Origin: a cyanobacterium endosymbiont of Rhopalodia gibba
Lineage (GTDB): Bacteria; Cyanobacteriota; Cyanobacteriia; Cyanobacteriales; Microcystaceae
Assembly (NCBI GenBank): GCA_045159875.1
Contig: CP067995.1
Span: forward strand, 2,144,001 to 2,208,000
Length of the DNA: 64,000 nt
Direction: 5' to 3'
Part shown: positions 35,070 through 45,612 of the stretch, one piece after another
Position numbering within the stretch: position 1 is the stretch's first letter
Layout of the letters: the number at the start of each line of letters is the position of its first letter
Notes under the pieces: generated by a model
Database searches by the model: none
Seen by the model: the letters and a program-made list of their open reading frames with translations, nothing else
Told to the model about the DNA's origin: nothing
Made by a program: the position numbers and the translations under genes

Positions 35070-35104
35070 CCGTAGAGATTGTAGAATTTCTACAATCTCT
35101 ACGG
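35070..35104. repeat. Perfect inverted repeat, 17-bp arms, 1-nt loop
   Basis: CCGTAGAGATTGTAGAA-T-TTCTACAATCTCTACGG. Confidence 0.9.
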
Positions 35105-35528
35105 TGTATCCTCTTGCTTAGCCTTCTTTTAAGACTCCAATTAAAGGGTGAGGTTTTTTTAACTTCTTGGGCAATTCCATAGCTCGAAATCCTAGAAAAT
35201 GGTTCTGCAACCTTCAGATTTAATCCTTTCGTCCACCCATAAGTATATTCCACCAAACTCAGTATCACAACGGTTATTCAGATTGTAGAATCTAACTTTA
35301 AAAAACTTATTTTTAGACTGAGCAACTCAAATCAGTCACGATCTTAGGAGTAAATTTTTTTAAGGGGAAGCACTTCTCCTTGCATTTTGTCTCCTTTAAC
35401 TGCCTGCTTCTCCCGTTCATAATTGTTGAAAATTTTCTTGATTTTATTAGGAGGATAACGCTATATTTTTGATATGCTAAATAAAAGCAACGATCATTAA
35501 ACTTCAATCAAGGAACATTGATAACATC

Positions 35529-35924
35529 ATGACCGACAAACCAATCCCTTTAACGGGAAAAGCCCTACTTCAAAAAGTCAAAGAGCTATCCCACAAACCA
35601 CGGAGAGAAACAGCTAAAGATTGTGGCTATTACTCAGTTACAAAAGACGGGCAAGTCCGCGTCAATTTGACAGAATTCTATGATGCAGTCTTAGGAGCAA
35701 AAGGGGTTCCTCTTGAACCAGGAACGGCTAAAGATGGTCGAGGACGTGAACCCACTTACCGTGTAAGTGTCCACAAAAATGGTCAAATTGTCATTGGTTC
35801 AACATACACCCAAGAGATGGGATTGAAACCTGGAGATGAATTTGAAATTAAATTGGGATACAAACACATTCACCTCAAACAAATTGGAGATGATGGAGAG
35901 GTCGTTGAGGAAGAAGCGGCTTAG
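35529..35924 (+). CDS. Cyanobacterial AbrB-like regulator (cyAbrB1/CalA type)
   Basis: LTGKALLQKVKEL, RGREPTYRVSVHKNGQIVIG, GDEFEIKLGYKHIHL; followed by a CAAX protease gene. Confidence 0.93.
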   Translation: MTDKPIPLTGKALLQKVKELSHKPRRETAKDCGYYSVTKDGQVRVNLTEFYDAVLGAKGVPLEPGTAKDGRGREPTYRVSVHKNGQIVIGSTYTQEMGLKPGDEFEIKLGYKHIHLKQIGDDGEVVEEEAA

Positions 35925-36200
35925 GAATTATTTAATCTAGACAAAGATTATAGAATCTCTTAAGCCTAAAAAACTCCATTGGATGGGTTCACCTTAACCT
36001 GTTCTTATTAGGGTCTAATGATTAATTAGTCCTAAAGTCCTAAAGGTTATCGTCTTACCCGGGGCGGCGTAATATAAGAAACAGACGTTAGCCCCCATAG
36101 ATTTTTCTTGGAAACCTATTCCAAATTCAAATATTTTGCTAGGGTAGTAACGATAAATTCTTAATTAGAAGAGATAGACAAGACAGTGTAAGGAATAATT

Positions 36201-37037
36201 TTGTCATCGCAATTGTATTCTTGGATAATTTTGATCTCGACTCTTTCTGGGACAGTCAAAGTGTGCCTCTTTCTAATCACTTGGGTTACACTCTGGTTAC
36301 CTTTGGCTTGGTCTATAGCCAGCAAAATTGGTTGGCAACCCTTTAGTCCTTTAGTAGGGTCAGAAAAACTCCCCCTTGTTATGTCCCTCTATTCAACTGT
36401 TCCTCTTCTAGGATGGCTAACTATTTTAGTAGAAGGAACATCGATATTGGATTACGGACTAGAGTGGCAACTGACTTTTTTAATTTCTTTGCTTTTGGGA
36501 ATAGGATTAGGAATTGCTGGTTTAGGAATTGCTTTTGGACTCGAAGGGTGGTTTGGTTGGTTGATTTGGCAAAAAAATCATTTACATCCTCTGGGTAAAT
36601 TAGGATTACCCTTATTAGGGTTAGGACTTTGGGTAGGAATTACTGAAGAATTAATCTTTCGGGGAATTTTACTCAATTTACTACAACAAGACTATTCCCT
36701 AGAAATAGCTGCTGTTATCTCCAGTGGTATTTTTGCTCTTTTACACTTACTGTGGGAAAGACAAGAAACAATTCCTCAACTCCCTGGATTATGGATAATG
36801 GGTATGATTTTGGTATGGGCCAAAATAATGGACGAGGGAAGCTTAGCTTTAGCATCGGGACTTCATGCGGGTTGGATTTGGGGGTTATCGTACATCGATG
36901 CGGCAGAATTGATTTCCTATACTAATAAGGGAGCTCCTGAAGTAGTTAGCTGGAAAAAACACCCTCTAGCCAGAGTGTCCGGAATTCTTTGTCTTTTGGG
37001 AACAGGTTTAGTTTTATGGCAATTTTCCTTATTTTAA
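36201..37037 (+). CDS. CPBP (CAAX/Abi) family intramembrane metalloprotease
   Basis: EELIFRG, FALLH, GLHAGW motifs; multiple TM segments; start uncertain. Confidence 0.88.
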   Translation: MSSQLYSWIILISTLSGTVKVCLFLITWVTLWLPLAWSIASKIGWQPFSPLVGSEKLPLVMSLYSTVPLLGWLTILVEGTSILDYGLEWQLTFLISLLLGIGLGIAGLGIAFGLEGWFGWLIWQKNHLHPLGKLGLPLLGLGLWVGITEELIFRGILLNLLQQDYSLEIAAVISSGIFALLHLLWERQETIPQLPGLWIMGMILVWAKIMDEGSLALASGLHAGWIWGLSYIDAAELISYTNKGAPEVVSWKKHPLARVSGILCLLGTGLVLWQFSLF

Positions 37038-37044
37038 TTGAGGA

Positions 37045-38602
37045 ATTTTATTCCACTAAACTGGGCAACAATTTGATTGTGAACTAAAATTTTTTTAGTT
37101 AATAAACCTTCAAATATAATTTGTAAAAGTCACTGTCCATCTACCCCAAAATACAGCTTAACACAATCACTTTTTAGAATTTATACCGGACTAATTTAGC
37201 AATTTTTATTTCCAGATCTTTATCATTAAGGGGTTATGTCTCAGTCTCCTCACCTTTTGTCCGACGAGTTACTGAGCGATCATCATTCCTCCTTTTTCAG
37301 AACCTAGTTCTCTGATAATTAATTCCATTCTTGGTTAATTATCGATAGAAGCTCGCAATGTTAGTTTTATGAGATCTTTCATAGGATAAAGTTGGCTAGG
37401 TTTAAGATATAAAATGCTATCTATGACAATCCTTTCGACAGTTCTAATGTAGAGAGAGTTAGTTAATTGAAATTCTTTAAGCAATTGTAAAACTATTGAA
37501 ACTATTGATTTAATAGGTCGATACACTTTGATTTTAGCTTAATTAAAGTACTGTTTTACCCAAGTTTACACTCTCTTAATTTAAGAGGTTACTACAACGC
37601 AGTAACCTCTTAGTTAATATTTAATATTTGAACGTGCTCTCTTGTAGCAACACTTGATTTATTGAGTTGTCTAACTATTTTTAAAATTACTGTCGTTTAA
37701 AAATTTATTCAAATCTGTCTCGATCAAGAGCCAACTCATAAATGTTCAATAGCTGATCATTAAAATATACTTTTTTGGCTTCTATTTAGGATGATAGTTT
37801 GATGTTGAAAGGATGATAGTCGAATTTTTAATCGTTCTACTAAACGTGAAATAAGAGAAGACTGTGATTAACTTTCAGGTAACAGAAAAATACCATATCA
37901 AGTAATTATCAATGTCAAAACTGCTCAAAGATCAAATGCAAACCAGTATTCATTAAATATCTATGACATTTTATTGAACCTGAACTGAATGATTTATTTT
38001 CCAGAATAAAACGAATTCTTAACTTTTCGAGCAGATTCTGAAGTTTAATTGGATTAAGGATAGATTTATAATTTTCCCCCAAAATTTATTATTAGTAATA
38101 TATTTTTTTCGACTACTCATATGCTAAGGCTGCTGCAGTATGTTTGTCAACGTAGTCTTACTTGTTCAATAGACCAATACTGACATATCTAGCTCAACTA
38201 ACAGTGATGACTTTAAAAGATCTACTGGAACGGTTAGAATTACAGAATTAAAGTCGAGAATTTCTTGTGCTTTAAGTTGTTTGACTAACTTAGTTAATGA
38301 TTGTTTTCTCACCTATTCAAAGATTACAATTTTTTCATCCAAATTTTGCAACAAATCTTAAACTTGTGAGCTAATCCCTCGCTTAAATCTTTAAAAAGAT
38401 CTAACCTGTGACCGAGTATAAATTGTCTTTCGATTACTTGAAACTCAGTAGTATTTTCTAAATAAGGCAAATTGGGAATTAATAAGGAGTTACCGGTTAT
38501 ATTAACATAGTTCGAGAATTTTACACTTTTAGCCTATTCTGTGATTGGATTCCCATAGGTAATGACGATGTTGCTAGTCCCGAAGTTGATCGAGTAAGAT
38601 AC
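37045..38602 (-). pseudogene. Hsp70-family (non-canonical DnaK-like) pseudogene
   Basis: SINFGTSNIVIT resembles AIDFGTSNTV; SVILTVPVD; VDKHTAAALAYE resembles LDEPTAAALGYG; LLINFGG; C-terminal DCVKLYFGVDGQ*LLQIIFEGLLT..NQIVAQF. Confidence 0.85.
37582..37612. repeat. Inverted repeat, 12-bp arms, inside the Hsp70 pseudogene
   Basis: TAAGAGGTTACT-acaacgc-AGTAACCTCTTA. Confidence 0.7.
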
Positions 38603-38725
38603 CTTAAATCGAAAGAAACCCGGCTATATCAAATATTTGCAAATCACGAACAAGAACATTTTATTGAAGTTATAAGTCCTAATAATCAAGTCAAAAAGTT
38701 TAGATAAAATATTTAATTAATCTCT

Positions 38726-38756
38726 TTTCAAGATAAATTTTAAATTTATCTTGAAA
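38726..38756. repeat. Perfect inverted repeat, 15-bp arms, 1-nt loop
   Basis: TTTCAAGATAAATTT-T-AAATTTATCTTGAAA. Confidence 0.85.
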
Positions 38757-38988
38757 CCTTTTTACATGACGCAAAACTTCAAGAGAATGAGAACAGCACA
38801 ACCGGGTGTAACAGTGTACACTGAGGAGTCTGCATCAAAATAAACTAAGCTAGTGTCAGCTCGCTATCATACTGAACTGATTTTGTGGTTACCTAGATTG
38901 TTAAGTGAATATATCCTGAACACCTTAAATAAAATTAAAAAAGAGTGTTAGGGTTTTACAATAGGTAGTGTTACTCGGAGGAAGAAAA

Positions 38989-39372
38989 ATGTTTACCCGA
39001 CTAGCTCAACAACACCGCAATTTTGTTAGAGATTTAGTAATCAATCTCCAAGCACTGGCGATTGTACTTGAAAAACAAGGTTATCTAGCTTCTTGCTATA
39101 CTTGTGGTGGGCAGATGAATAGTGGTTCATTTATGGTTAGCCTAGGAGAAAACCATTTGATTCGCTTTCTAGTATCGGACTACGGAATTACCTGGACAGA
39201 GATGCGAGACGATCTTGAGCTGATGAAACTTGAAGGGGCTGAGGCCATCAGTCAATTGCAGGAGTTAGCTTACTTAGTTAAATATCAAATTAAGCCATCC
39301 AAGTCCAACATGCCAGAAAGTTCTACTTCTAAAGATAATTCCACTTCTGAACCTCAGATCCAATCGATTTAG
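38989..39372 (+). CDS. DUF1815 family protein
   Basis: MFTRLAQQHRNFVRDLV..ASCYTCG..IRFLVSDYGITWTEMRDD; GGAGG upstream of ATG 38989. Confidence 0.85.
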   Translation: MFTRLAQQHRNFVRDLVINLQALAIVLEKQGYLASCYTCGGQMNSGSFMVSLGENHLIRFLVSDYGITWTEMRDDLELMKLEGAEAISQLQELAYLVKYQIKPSKSNMPESSTSKDNSTSEPQIQSI

Positions 39373-39450
39373 AGATTAATTAGGAGATTCAGCGGAGGAA
39401 ACATAAAGAAAAAAATCTCCTTGAACTGTTCCCTGTTTTAGGGGAGCAAC

Positions 39451-40485
39451 TTATTTATCTTCAGCAAAAATATAACGATAGAGCTCATTAGCATCAGGTT
39501 CGGGACTATCTTGAGCAAATTGGACCGCTTGATTAATTTTGTCTTGGATCTGTTTTTTAATGTTCTCGAGTTCTTGATTGTCAGCTAAATTCTGCTCTAC
39601 TAAGTAAGTAGCAAGTTTAATGATGGGATCTCGGACTCCCCAAAATTCTTTTTCATCAGAAGATCTGAGTTCATCGGGATCAGCCAAAGAATGTCCTCGA
39701 AAGCGATACGTTAAAGCTTCAATTAAGGTTGGTCCTTCTCCTGCACGGGCGCGGGCGATAGCTTTTTTGGCAACACTACGAACAGCCAGTACGTCCATAC
39801 CATCAACCTCCACACCGACCATATTAAAAACAGTAGCTTTTTGATAGATTTCCGGTTGAGAGGTAGCCCGCTCATGAGCCATGCCAATCGCCCATTTATT
39901 ATTTTCAACGACATAAATAATTGGCAATTTCCATAATGAGGCCATATTGAGACACTCGAAGAATTGGCCATTGTTACTAGCTCCATCCCCGAAAAAACAC
40001 ACAGTCACTTGATCTGATGTCTCATCCCCCATCATTTCCCGTCGGTATTTACTTTGAAAGGCTGCCCCTGTGGCTACAGGAATTCCTTCAGCGACAAAGG
40101 CATAACCCCCTAGAAGTCGATGTTTGGCAGAGAATAAGTGCATTGAACCTCCCCGTCCTTTGCTACATCCGGTCTCCTTTCCAAATAATTCTGCCATCAC
40201 TTCTTCAGGGGGAACCCCACAACTAAGGGCATGAACGTGATCACGATATGTACTAGATACATAGTCTTCACTAGGACGCAAAGCTTTGATTATTCCTGTA
40301 GAAACTGCCTCTTGTCCATTGTACAGGTGAACAAAACCGAACATTTTACCCCTGTAATACATTTCAGCACACTTGTCTTCAAATAAGCGTCCCAGCATCA
40401 TGTCTTCATAGAGGATTAAACCTTCCTCTTTGGTAATTTTGATAGAAGCTTGGTTGAATTTTGGTACTGTTCGTTGGGAAACCAT
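39451..40485 (-). CDS. pdhA: Pyruvate dehydrogenase E1 alpha subunit
   Basis: [21 protein letters not shown] motif [19 protein letters not shown]; start MVSQRT preferred. Confidence 0.97.
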   Translation of the reverse strand: MVSQRTVPKFNQASIKITKEEGLILYEDMMLGRLFEDKCAEMYYRGKMFGFVHLYNGQEAVSTGIIKALRPSEDYVSSTYRDHVHALSCGVPPEEVMAELFGKETGCSKGRGGSMHLFSAKHRLLGGYAFVAEGIPVATGAAFQSKYRREMMGDETSDQVTVCFFGDGASNNGQFFECLNMASLWKLPIIYVVENNKWAIGMAHERATSQPEIYQKATVFNMVGVEVDGMDVLAVRSVAKKAIARARAGEGPTLIEALTYRFRGHSLADPDELRSSDEKEFWGVRDPIIKLATYLVEQNLADNQELENIKKQIQDKINQAVQFAQDSPEPDANELYRYIFAEDK

Positions 40486-40952
40486 AGATTTTGTAAGATT
40501 ATGATAATTCATTAAGACTATTGAGTGATTAAGGTTGACTTAGCTCAACCGCTCAGGGCAAAAAATACTGACTTAAAAATTATAGAGGGAGATGAGATTT
40601 TTATGTTAGAAGACTTATATGATTCCCTATAACTATAAGTTTTTACTAAAACAAACCCTAATAAACCCAATAGAGTTAACGTGCTTAGGATAGGGCAGAT
40701 CTCTATGAAGGCTAAGATTGAGAGAGGTGTTAACTATTTTACTAATTGGAATATTTTAGTTATAATCTTCTTCAGCTTTGTCTATGGTTACCAGTCACTA
40801 AATCTTTTCTGGAGCTTAAGTGTTATTAGCTTACTATGTTGTCCTTACCCAGTTTCCTATCCTAAATGTCTTAAACTGGACGTGTGTCCCAATATAGGCT
40901 ATCAAAATAAGGACAAGCTTATTGTCTTGACCCGGCTCTGAGGAAATCAACC

Positions 40953-43232
40953 GTGCGCATTCCCCTCGACTACTACAGAATTTTAGGAGTTCTTCCCCAA
41001 GTAACAGATAAGCAGCTTAGTCAGGCTTATCATGATCGCTGTCTGCAATTACCCCGCCGAGAATACAGCAAGATGGCGGTTTTATCACGGAAGCAACTGC
41101 TTACTCAAGCCTATGAAATACTATCAGACTCAGAACAAAGAGCTGCTCACGAGGACTTGTGTCTAGAAAGCACTTTTTCCGACCAATTAAAGTTTAATCC
41201 AGAAATTTCTTTAACTGGCCAAGGAGAAGAAATTCTTCCTGATTCTGATTCATCTCCATTAGCTCCTAGAACGTTAGAAATTGCCCCTAAGCAATGGATA
41301 GGAGCCTTAATGATTCTCCAAGAGTTGGGAGAATATGAACTAGTCATTAAGTTTGGTGAAATTTTTCTTGACACCTTGTCAAGTCCTCGATCAGAGCTGT
41401 ATTCTTCCATCTGCGAGATTCAAACTGATGTTATTCTGACCATTTCCCTAGCTGCTTTAGAATTAAGCAGAGAACAGTGGCAACAAGAAGAATATGAACA
41501 AGCTGGGATTTCAGGAGGAAAAGGACTCAGCATACTCCAAGAAAATTGTTTATTTACCTCATTACAACTCGAAATTAGTAAAGATCTTTATAAGTTGCGT
41601 CCCTACAGAATTCTGGAGTTGTTGGCTCAACCTGAAAAAAATCGAGCTGATCGAGATCGAGGTAAAACCCTACTTCAAGAAATGTTACAAGAAAGACAGG
41701 GGATTGATGGTCAAGGTGATGATCACTCTGGGCTTGGTATTGATGATTTTTTGCGGTTTATTCAACAACTAAGGACTTATCTTACAGCCTCTGAACAAGA
41801 AGATATTTTTTTTCGTGAAACTAATTATAGGTCAGCCGTAGCTGCTTATTTAAGAGTATATTCTTTAATTGCCCGTGGTTTTGCCGGAAGACAGCCGGCT
41901 TTCATTATTGAAGCAAAAGGTATTCTTGACGGTTTAGAAAAACTTCAAGATGTCTCTTTAGAAAAAGGGATTTGTGCATTGCTTTTAGGAGAAACTCAGG
42001 AGGCTATCCTAGCATTAGAACAATGTGAAGATGAAAAAGTCTTAACTTTTATTCGAGAACAATCCCGAGGTGCGCCAGACTTGTTACCTGGATTGTGTTC
42101 ATATGGGCAAGATTGGTTACAGACGGAAGTATTTTCTCATTTTCGTGATTTTAAGAAACGGACTGACTCTTTAGAAGATTATTTTGCTGATCAAGCAGTT
42201 CAGACTTACTTAGAACAATTATCCTTTCTTAAAGAGAAACAAGATGAAGAAAAACAAGAAAATGAACTGATGTTTAGTAGAACAATCTCTCGAAATGAGC
42301 ATATCGTTCAAGAAAGAAGAGCTTTCACCAAGGGACGACATTTAAGACAGACCCGCTTCCAACATCAAGAACCTCAGTTACTCGTTAGTGGAGGTGGGGG
42401 TATTCCTACTCTAGCTACAGCAGCTACTGTTCCTATGACTCCATATCGTCGCAGTTTTAGAGAAAATTCTTCGAGAGGAGCTAGAGACAGGTCGGTTGTT
42501 ACAACCTCTTACCAAGATTCCCTTCAGAAAGCCCCGACTGACCGATCCTTTAGTTTACCGACAACGGCTGACGAACCAGAACAAGAAGCCCAACGTGGGT
42601 CACATGAAAGAACCAATCCCTACAGGCCTAGCAAGACAATCTTTAAATTCCGGCCTTGGTTCGTACTGGTTGCATCATTGACGGTTTTAGGAGCAGTGGG
42701 ATCATCGGTTAAATGGATTCAATATATTGTGTCCCCCTTGGTTGCTTTAGAGGAAGAACAACTAGTTCTGGAACTACGTCAACCCCCAATTCCAATTCCA
42801 GTGCCAGAGACTCAAATTAAAAATCAAATTAAAAATCAGACAGAAAAACTGACCATAGAAGAGGCTAAACGAGTTATTGAGACGTGGTTATTGAGTAAAG
42901 CTGATGCTTTTGGCCTTGACCATAAAATTGAGTCATTGAACAACATTTTAGGAACTCCTCTTCTGAGTGTCTGGAAAAATAGAGTGCAAAATCTTGAAAA
43001 AGACCAAGACTATTGGCAATATAAGCATAGTTTTACTATAAAATCCCTGAAGATTACTGATAATAACCCAGATAAAGCTGTCGTTGAGGCTGATGTTAGA
43101 GAAATTGCTGATTTTTACCAAGATAGTCAACGAAACGCAAGTAAATCTTATGATGACCAACTGAAGGTTCGTTATGGGTTACTCCGCGAGCAAGATCGTT
43201 GGCTAATTTACTCGCTTGAACTTATTAATTAA
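40953..43232 (+). CDS. ftn2: Cell division protein Ftn2/ZipN (ARC6 homolog; J-like domain, TM, C-terminal IMS domain)
   Basis: MRIPLDYYRILGV, LYKLRPYRILELL, DDFLRFIQQLR, PDLLPGLC, C-terminal WLLSKADAFG..VRY; divergent from pdhA. Confidence 0.92.
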   Translation: MRIPLDYYRILGVLPQVTDKQLSQAYHDRCLQLPRREYSKMAVLSRKQLLTQAYEILSDSEQRAAHEDLCLESTFSDQLKFNPEISLTGQGEEILPDSDSSPLAPRTLEIAPKQWIGALMILQELGEYELVIKFGEIFLDTLSSPRSELYSSICEIQTDVILTISLAALELSREQWQQEEYEQAGISGGKGLSILQENCLFTSLQLEISKDLYKLRPYRILELLAQPEKNRADRDRGKTLLQEMLQERQGIDGQGDDHSGLGIDDFLRFIQQLRTYLTASEQEDIFFRETNYRSAVAAYLRVYSLIARGFAGRQPAFIIEAKGILDGLEKLQDVSLEKGICALLLGETQEAILALEQCEDEKVLTFIREQSRGAPDLLPGLCSYGQDWLQTEVFSHFRDFKKRTDSLEDYFADQAVQTYLEQLSFLKEKQDEEKQENELMFSRTISRNEHIVQERRAFTKGRHLRQTRFQHQEPQLLVSGGGGIPTLATAATVPMTPYRRSFRENSSRGARDRSVVTTSYQDSLQKAPTDRSFSLPTTADEPEQEAQRGSHERTNPYRPSKTIFKFRPWFVLVASLTVLGAVGSSVKWIQYIVSPLVALEEEQLVLELRQPPIPIPVPETQIKNQIKNQTEKLTIEEAKRVIETWLLSKADAFGLDHKIESLNNILGTPLLSVWKNRVQNLEKDQDYWQYKHSFTIKSLKITDNNPDKAVVEADVREIADFYQDSQRNASKSYDDQLKVRYGLLREQDRWLIYSLELIN

Positions 43233-43405
43233 GAAACTAATTAAAAGCAGACCTTTTTAGTCATTAGAAAATCAATTTGACAAAAAGTAGTATAGCTGAT
43301 ATGCTAGAGAACTGTAACTAAACGGATTTCTGTTGGGAGAGTCAATAGTAGGACTGTTGGCCTGTTTCTTGCTGTAAAAAAAATAGGAGGTATAAGAGTT
43401 AATCA

Positions 43406-43588
43406 ATGACCCAAGTTGTCGTCGGTCAAAATGAGCCCATTGAATCTGCTTTGCGTCGGTTTAAGCGACAGGTTGCTAAAGCCGGAATCTATACAGATTA
43501 TAAAAAGCATCAATTCTTTGAAACGCCGCAAGAGAAACGGAAGCGCAAAGAAGCGACTCGTAGAAGGCAGCGATCACGCCGTCGTTAG
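43406..43588 (+). CDS. rpsU: 30S ribosomal protein S21
   Basis: [33 protein letters not shown] upstream. Confidence 0.96.
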   Translation: MTQVVVGQNEPIESALRRFKRQVAKAGIYTDYKKHQFFETPQEKRKRKEATRRRQRSRRR

Positions 43589-43676
43589 GAGTCAAACTTG
43601 CAATGCAGGCTATACCCTAGTTGGTTAATTTTTCTTAAAATTGTTGATATATTCTGAAGAGTTCTATAGGATCCAT

Positions 43677-43709
43677 AACCTCTCCCATTCAGGAGAGGAT
43701 TGATTTTTT
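43677..43709. terminator. Terminator-like hairpin between convergent rpsU and SUI1 genes
   Basis: CCTCTCC-cattca-GGAGAGG followed by ATTGATTTTTT. Confidence 0.5.
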
Positions 43710-43714
43710 GGGAA

Positions 43715-44062
43715 TTAACCGCCACTAACTTTTACTTTGTAGCCTAATTGAGAGAGGACAGTTACTAGTTTTTGGCGATGATCTCCTTGAATTTCAAGAG
43801 TATTGTCTTTAATAGTTCCGCCACTACTACATTGATTTTTTAATTGTTTAAGTAATTGAACTAATTTTTCAGCGGAGTGTTGAAAACCGGTCATAACGGT
43901 CACGGTTTTGCCCTTTCGTCCTGATCGGGTGGACTCTACCAAAATGTTTTGTTGTTGGGGAAGTAGATCTTGAACTTCGCTTTCTAATATTTCTGAGTTG
44001 GAGGATAAACCAAACTCCTGATAGACGATGCACTTAGAAGGATACTGACGTTTGGAAGACAT
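43715..44062 (-). CDS. Translation initiation factor SUI1/YciH family
   Basis: RSGRKGKTVTV, LKNQCSSGGTIK, EIQGDH; start MSSKRQ preferred. Confidence 0.9.
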   Translation of the reverse strand: MSSKRQYPSKCIVYQEFGLSSNSEILESEVQDLLPQQQNILVESTRSGRKGKTVTVMTGFQHSAEKLVQLLKQLKNQCSSGGTIKDNTLEIQGDHRQKLVTVLSQLGYKVKVSGG

Positions 44063-44149
44063 AAAAAAACATAGGAACATAACCTAATTTAACTTTATCT
44101 TGAACTGTGAACAAAACTTACTTAGTTGCCTCTTCCAGCCAAACTACAG

Positions 44150-45495
44150 GAAGTTAACTAGAACGCTCAGGTCAAGTCATTAGTCCCATTCGTGCCAAAC
44201 GGAACCACATTAGATAAAAAGTTCACTAAATTGATATAAAAGCTAGTTTCTATATAATAGTAGAACTTTTCTAAAGCTTCTCCTAAATCGAAGGCGAGAC
44301 AATTCCCTAGCAGTTGACTGAATTACTGAAAATAGGTTTGTAAATCTATAAATTAGCGGTTTAATTGCGATTTATTCACCTTTTCACCCGTCAGGTTGTT
44401 CGTTACTATTTTAATGTTTTAATTGATGACCTAAAATCTATTTTATTACCTCTAATTTAGACATAGTTCTGAAAAGTATTGCTCCCATAGAAGAGCAATC
44501 ACACTAAAATCCTAAACTCGCATGATCTAAATATTCTGGGAGTTTATCAAACACTTCAGTTGGGGCTTTTGCTAAATAACACAATGCGATAGAATGTCCT
44601 GAACAAACGTAATCGTTTCAACCTTAATGTCAGTAAGTTTAGAATTGTCCAACGGTTTGTGACAAAGCGACGACTCGACTTGAAGGAATACTAAGGGTTT
44701 ATGGTGATTATAGTTTATCCACTCGTTGAGACATTCTCAAAAAAACTTGCAGCTTATTGACTACTAAGTTTTAATTAAGGCGACGAGCTTGCTCTTCTAA
44801 GTTTACTAATTCTTTAGTCTGACGGTTCACCGTTACCTAGTTGCTGTTGACTAGTTTAGAGATAGTTAACGATGCGAGAGACAACTTTAACTTTAGTTGA
44901 ATCAACAGAGATATCTTATAGAAATAATATCAATTTAAGAACACATCCCCTTAATTAAAATCTCAGCTCTCTTTTCTGCTAAAGTATGAGCAACTATCTA
45001 CAGTCGATAAAGTTTTCTTCTGTATCTGCCTGGGGTTGATTTTCATCGCAGACCCCTCCATCAGAGAGTTCATAGGACAACACCATTAAGGTAGATCTAT
45101 CCTCCTAGAGCGAAAACAACTAAATCCTACTATTTCACCATTGAATCTACTGTGGTCCAGTTGTACAAGAGAAAGATGGTCTAATCATCTAGTTTTATGG
45201 CTGATAAGGCTACTATCGGGGACAGCCATCGTTACAACATGGCAGAACATTGGGCGATATACCTACCAATGAGAAGCGGACTCTTACTTGTCAGGACTAT
45301 TTTCCTTGTTGAAGGGGAATGAAAACTAAAGGCGGTTGCAAGAATTCAGGATACGTTTGTCAGGTATAACCTTCCAGCTCATGACAGAGGACGGCTAGAG
45401 TAATTTGAAAGTAAACACCATAATTTGAGGGAAGTTGACCATCAGCTAAGGCGGATTTCAGTTGATCAAGGATCTATCCCAATAGAATTGGAGAT
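44150..45495 (-). pseudogene. DICT sensory-domain protein pseudogene
   Basis: NYGVYFQITLAVLCHELE resembles YGVYFKNTLVALCHALED; QQGK*; VTMAVPDS; LMVLSYELSD; QPQADTE. 3' boundary approximate. Confidence 0.75.
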
Positions 45496-45612
45496 AAGTT
45501 GACTCAAGTCCTGTAACTGTTAATATACTTTCCTAAGAGAATTATTTTTAAAATACTAATTATTAGTAGAGTTTATAGCATCAATTAATTAAAATAAATT
45601 TTGGTTGCTCTT

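Noticed and set aside
35040..35330. Rrf2-family regulator expected near a cyAbrB gene
   Set aside because: Translation shows no Rrf2 motifs; only an unassignable eroded ORF
40681..40941. 86-aa ORF upstream of ftn2
   Set aside because: No motifs; lies in the divergent pdhA/ftn2 promoter region and is probably spurious
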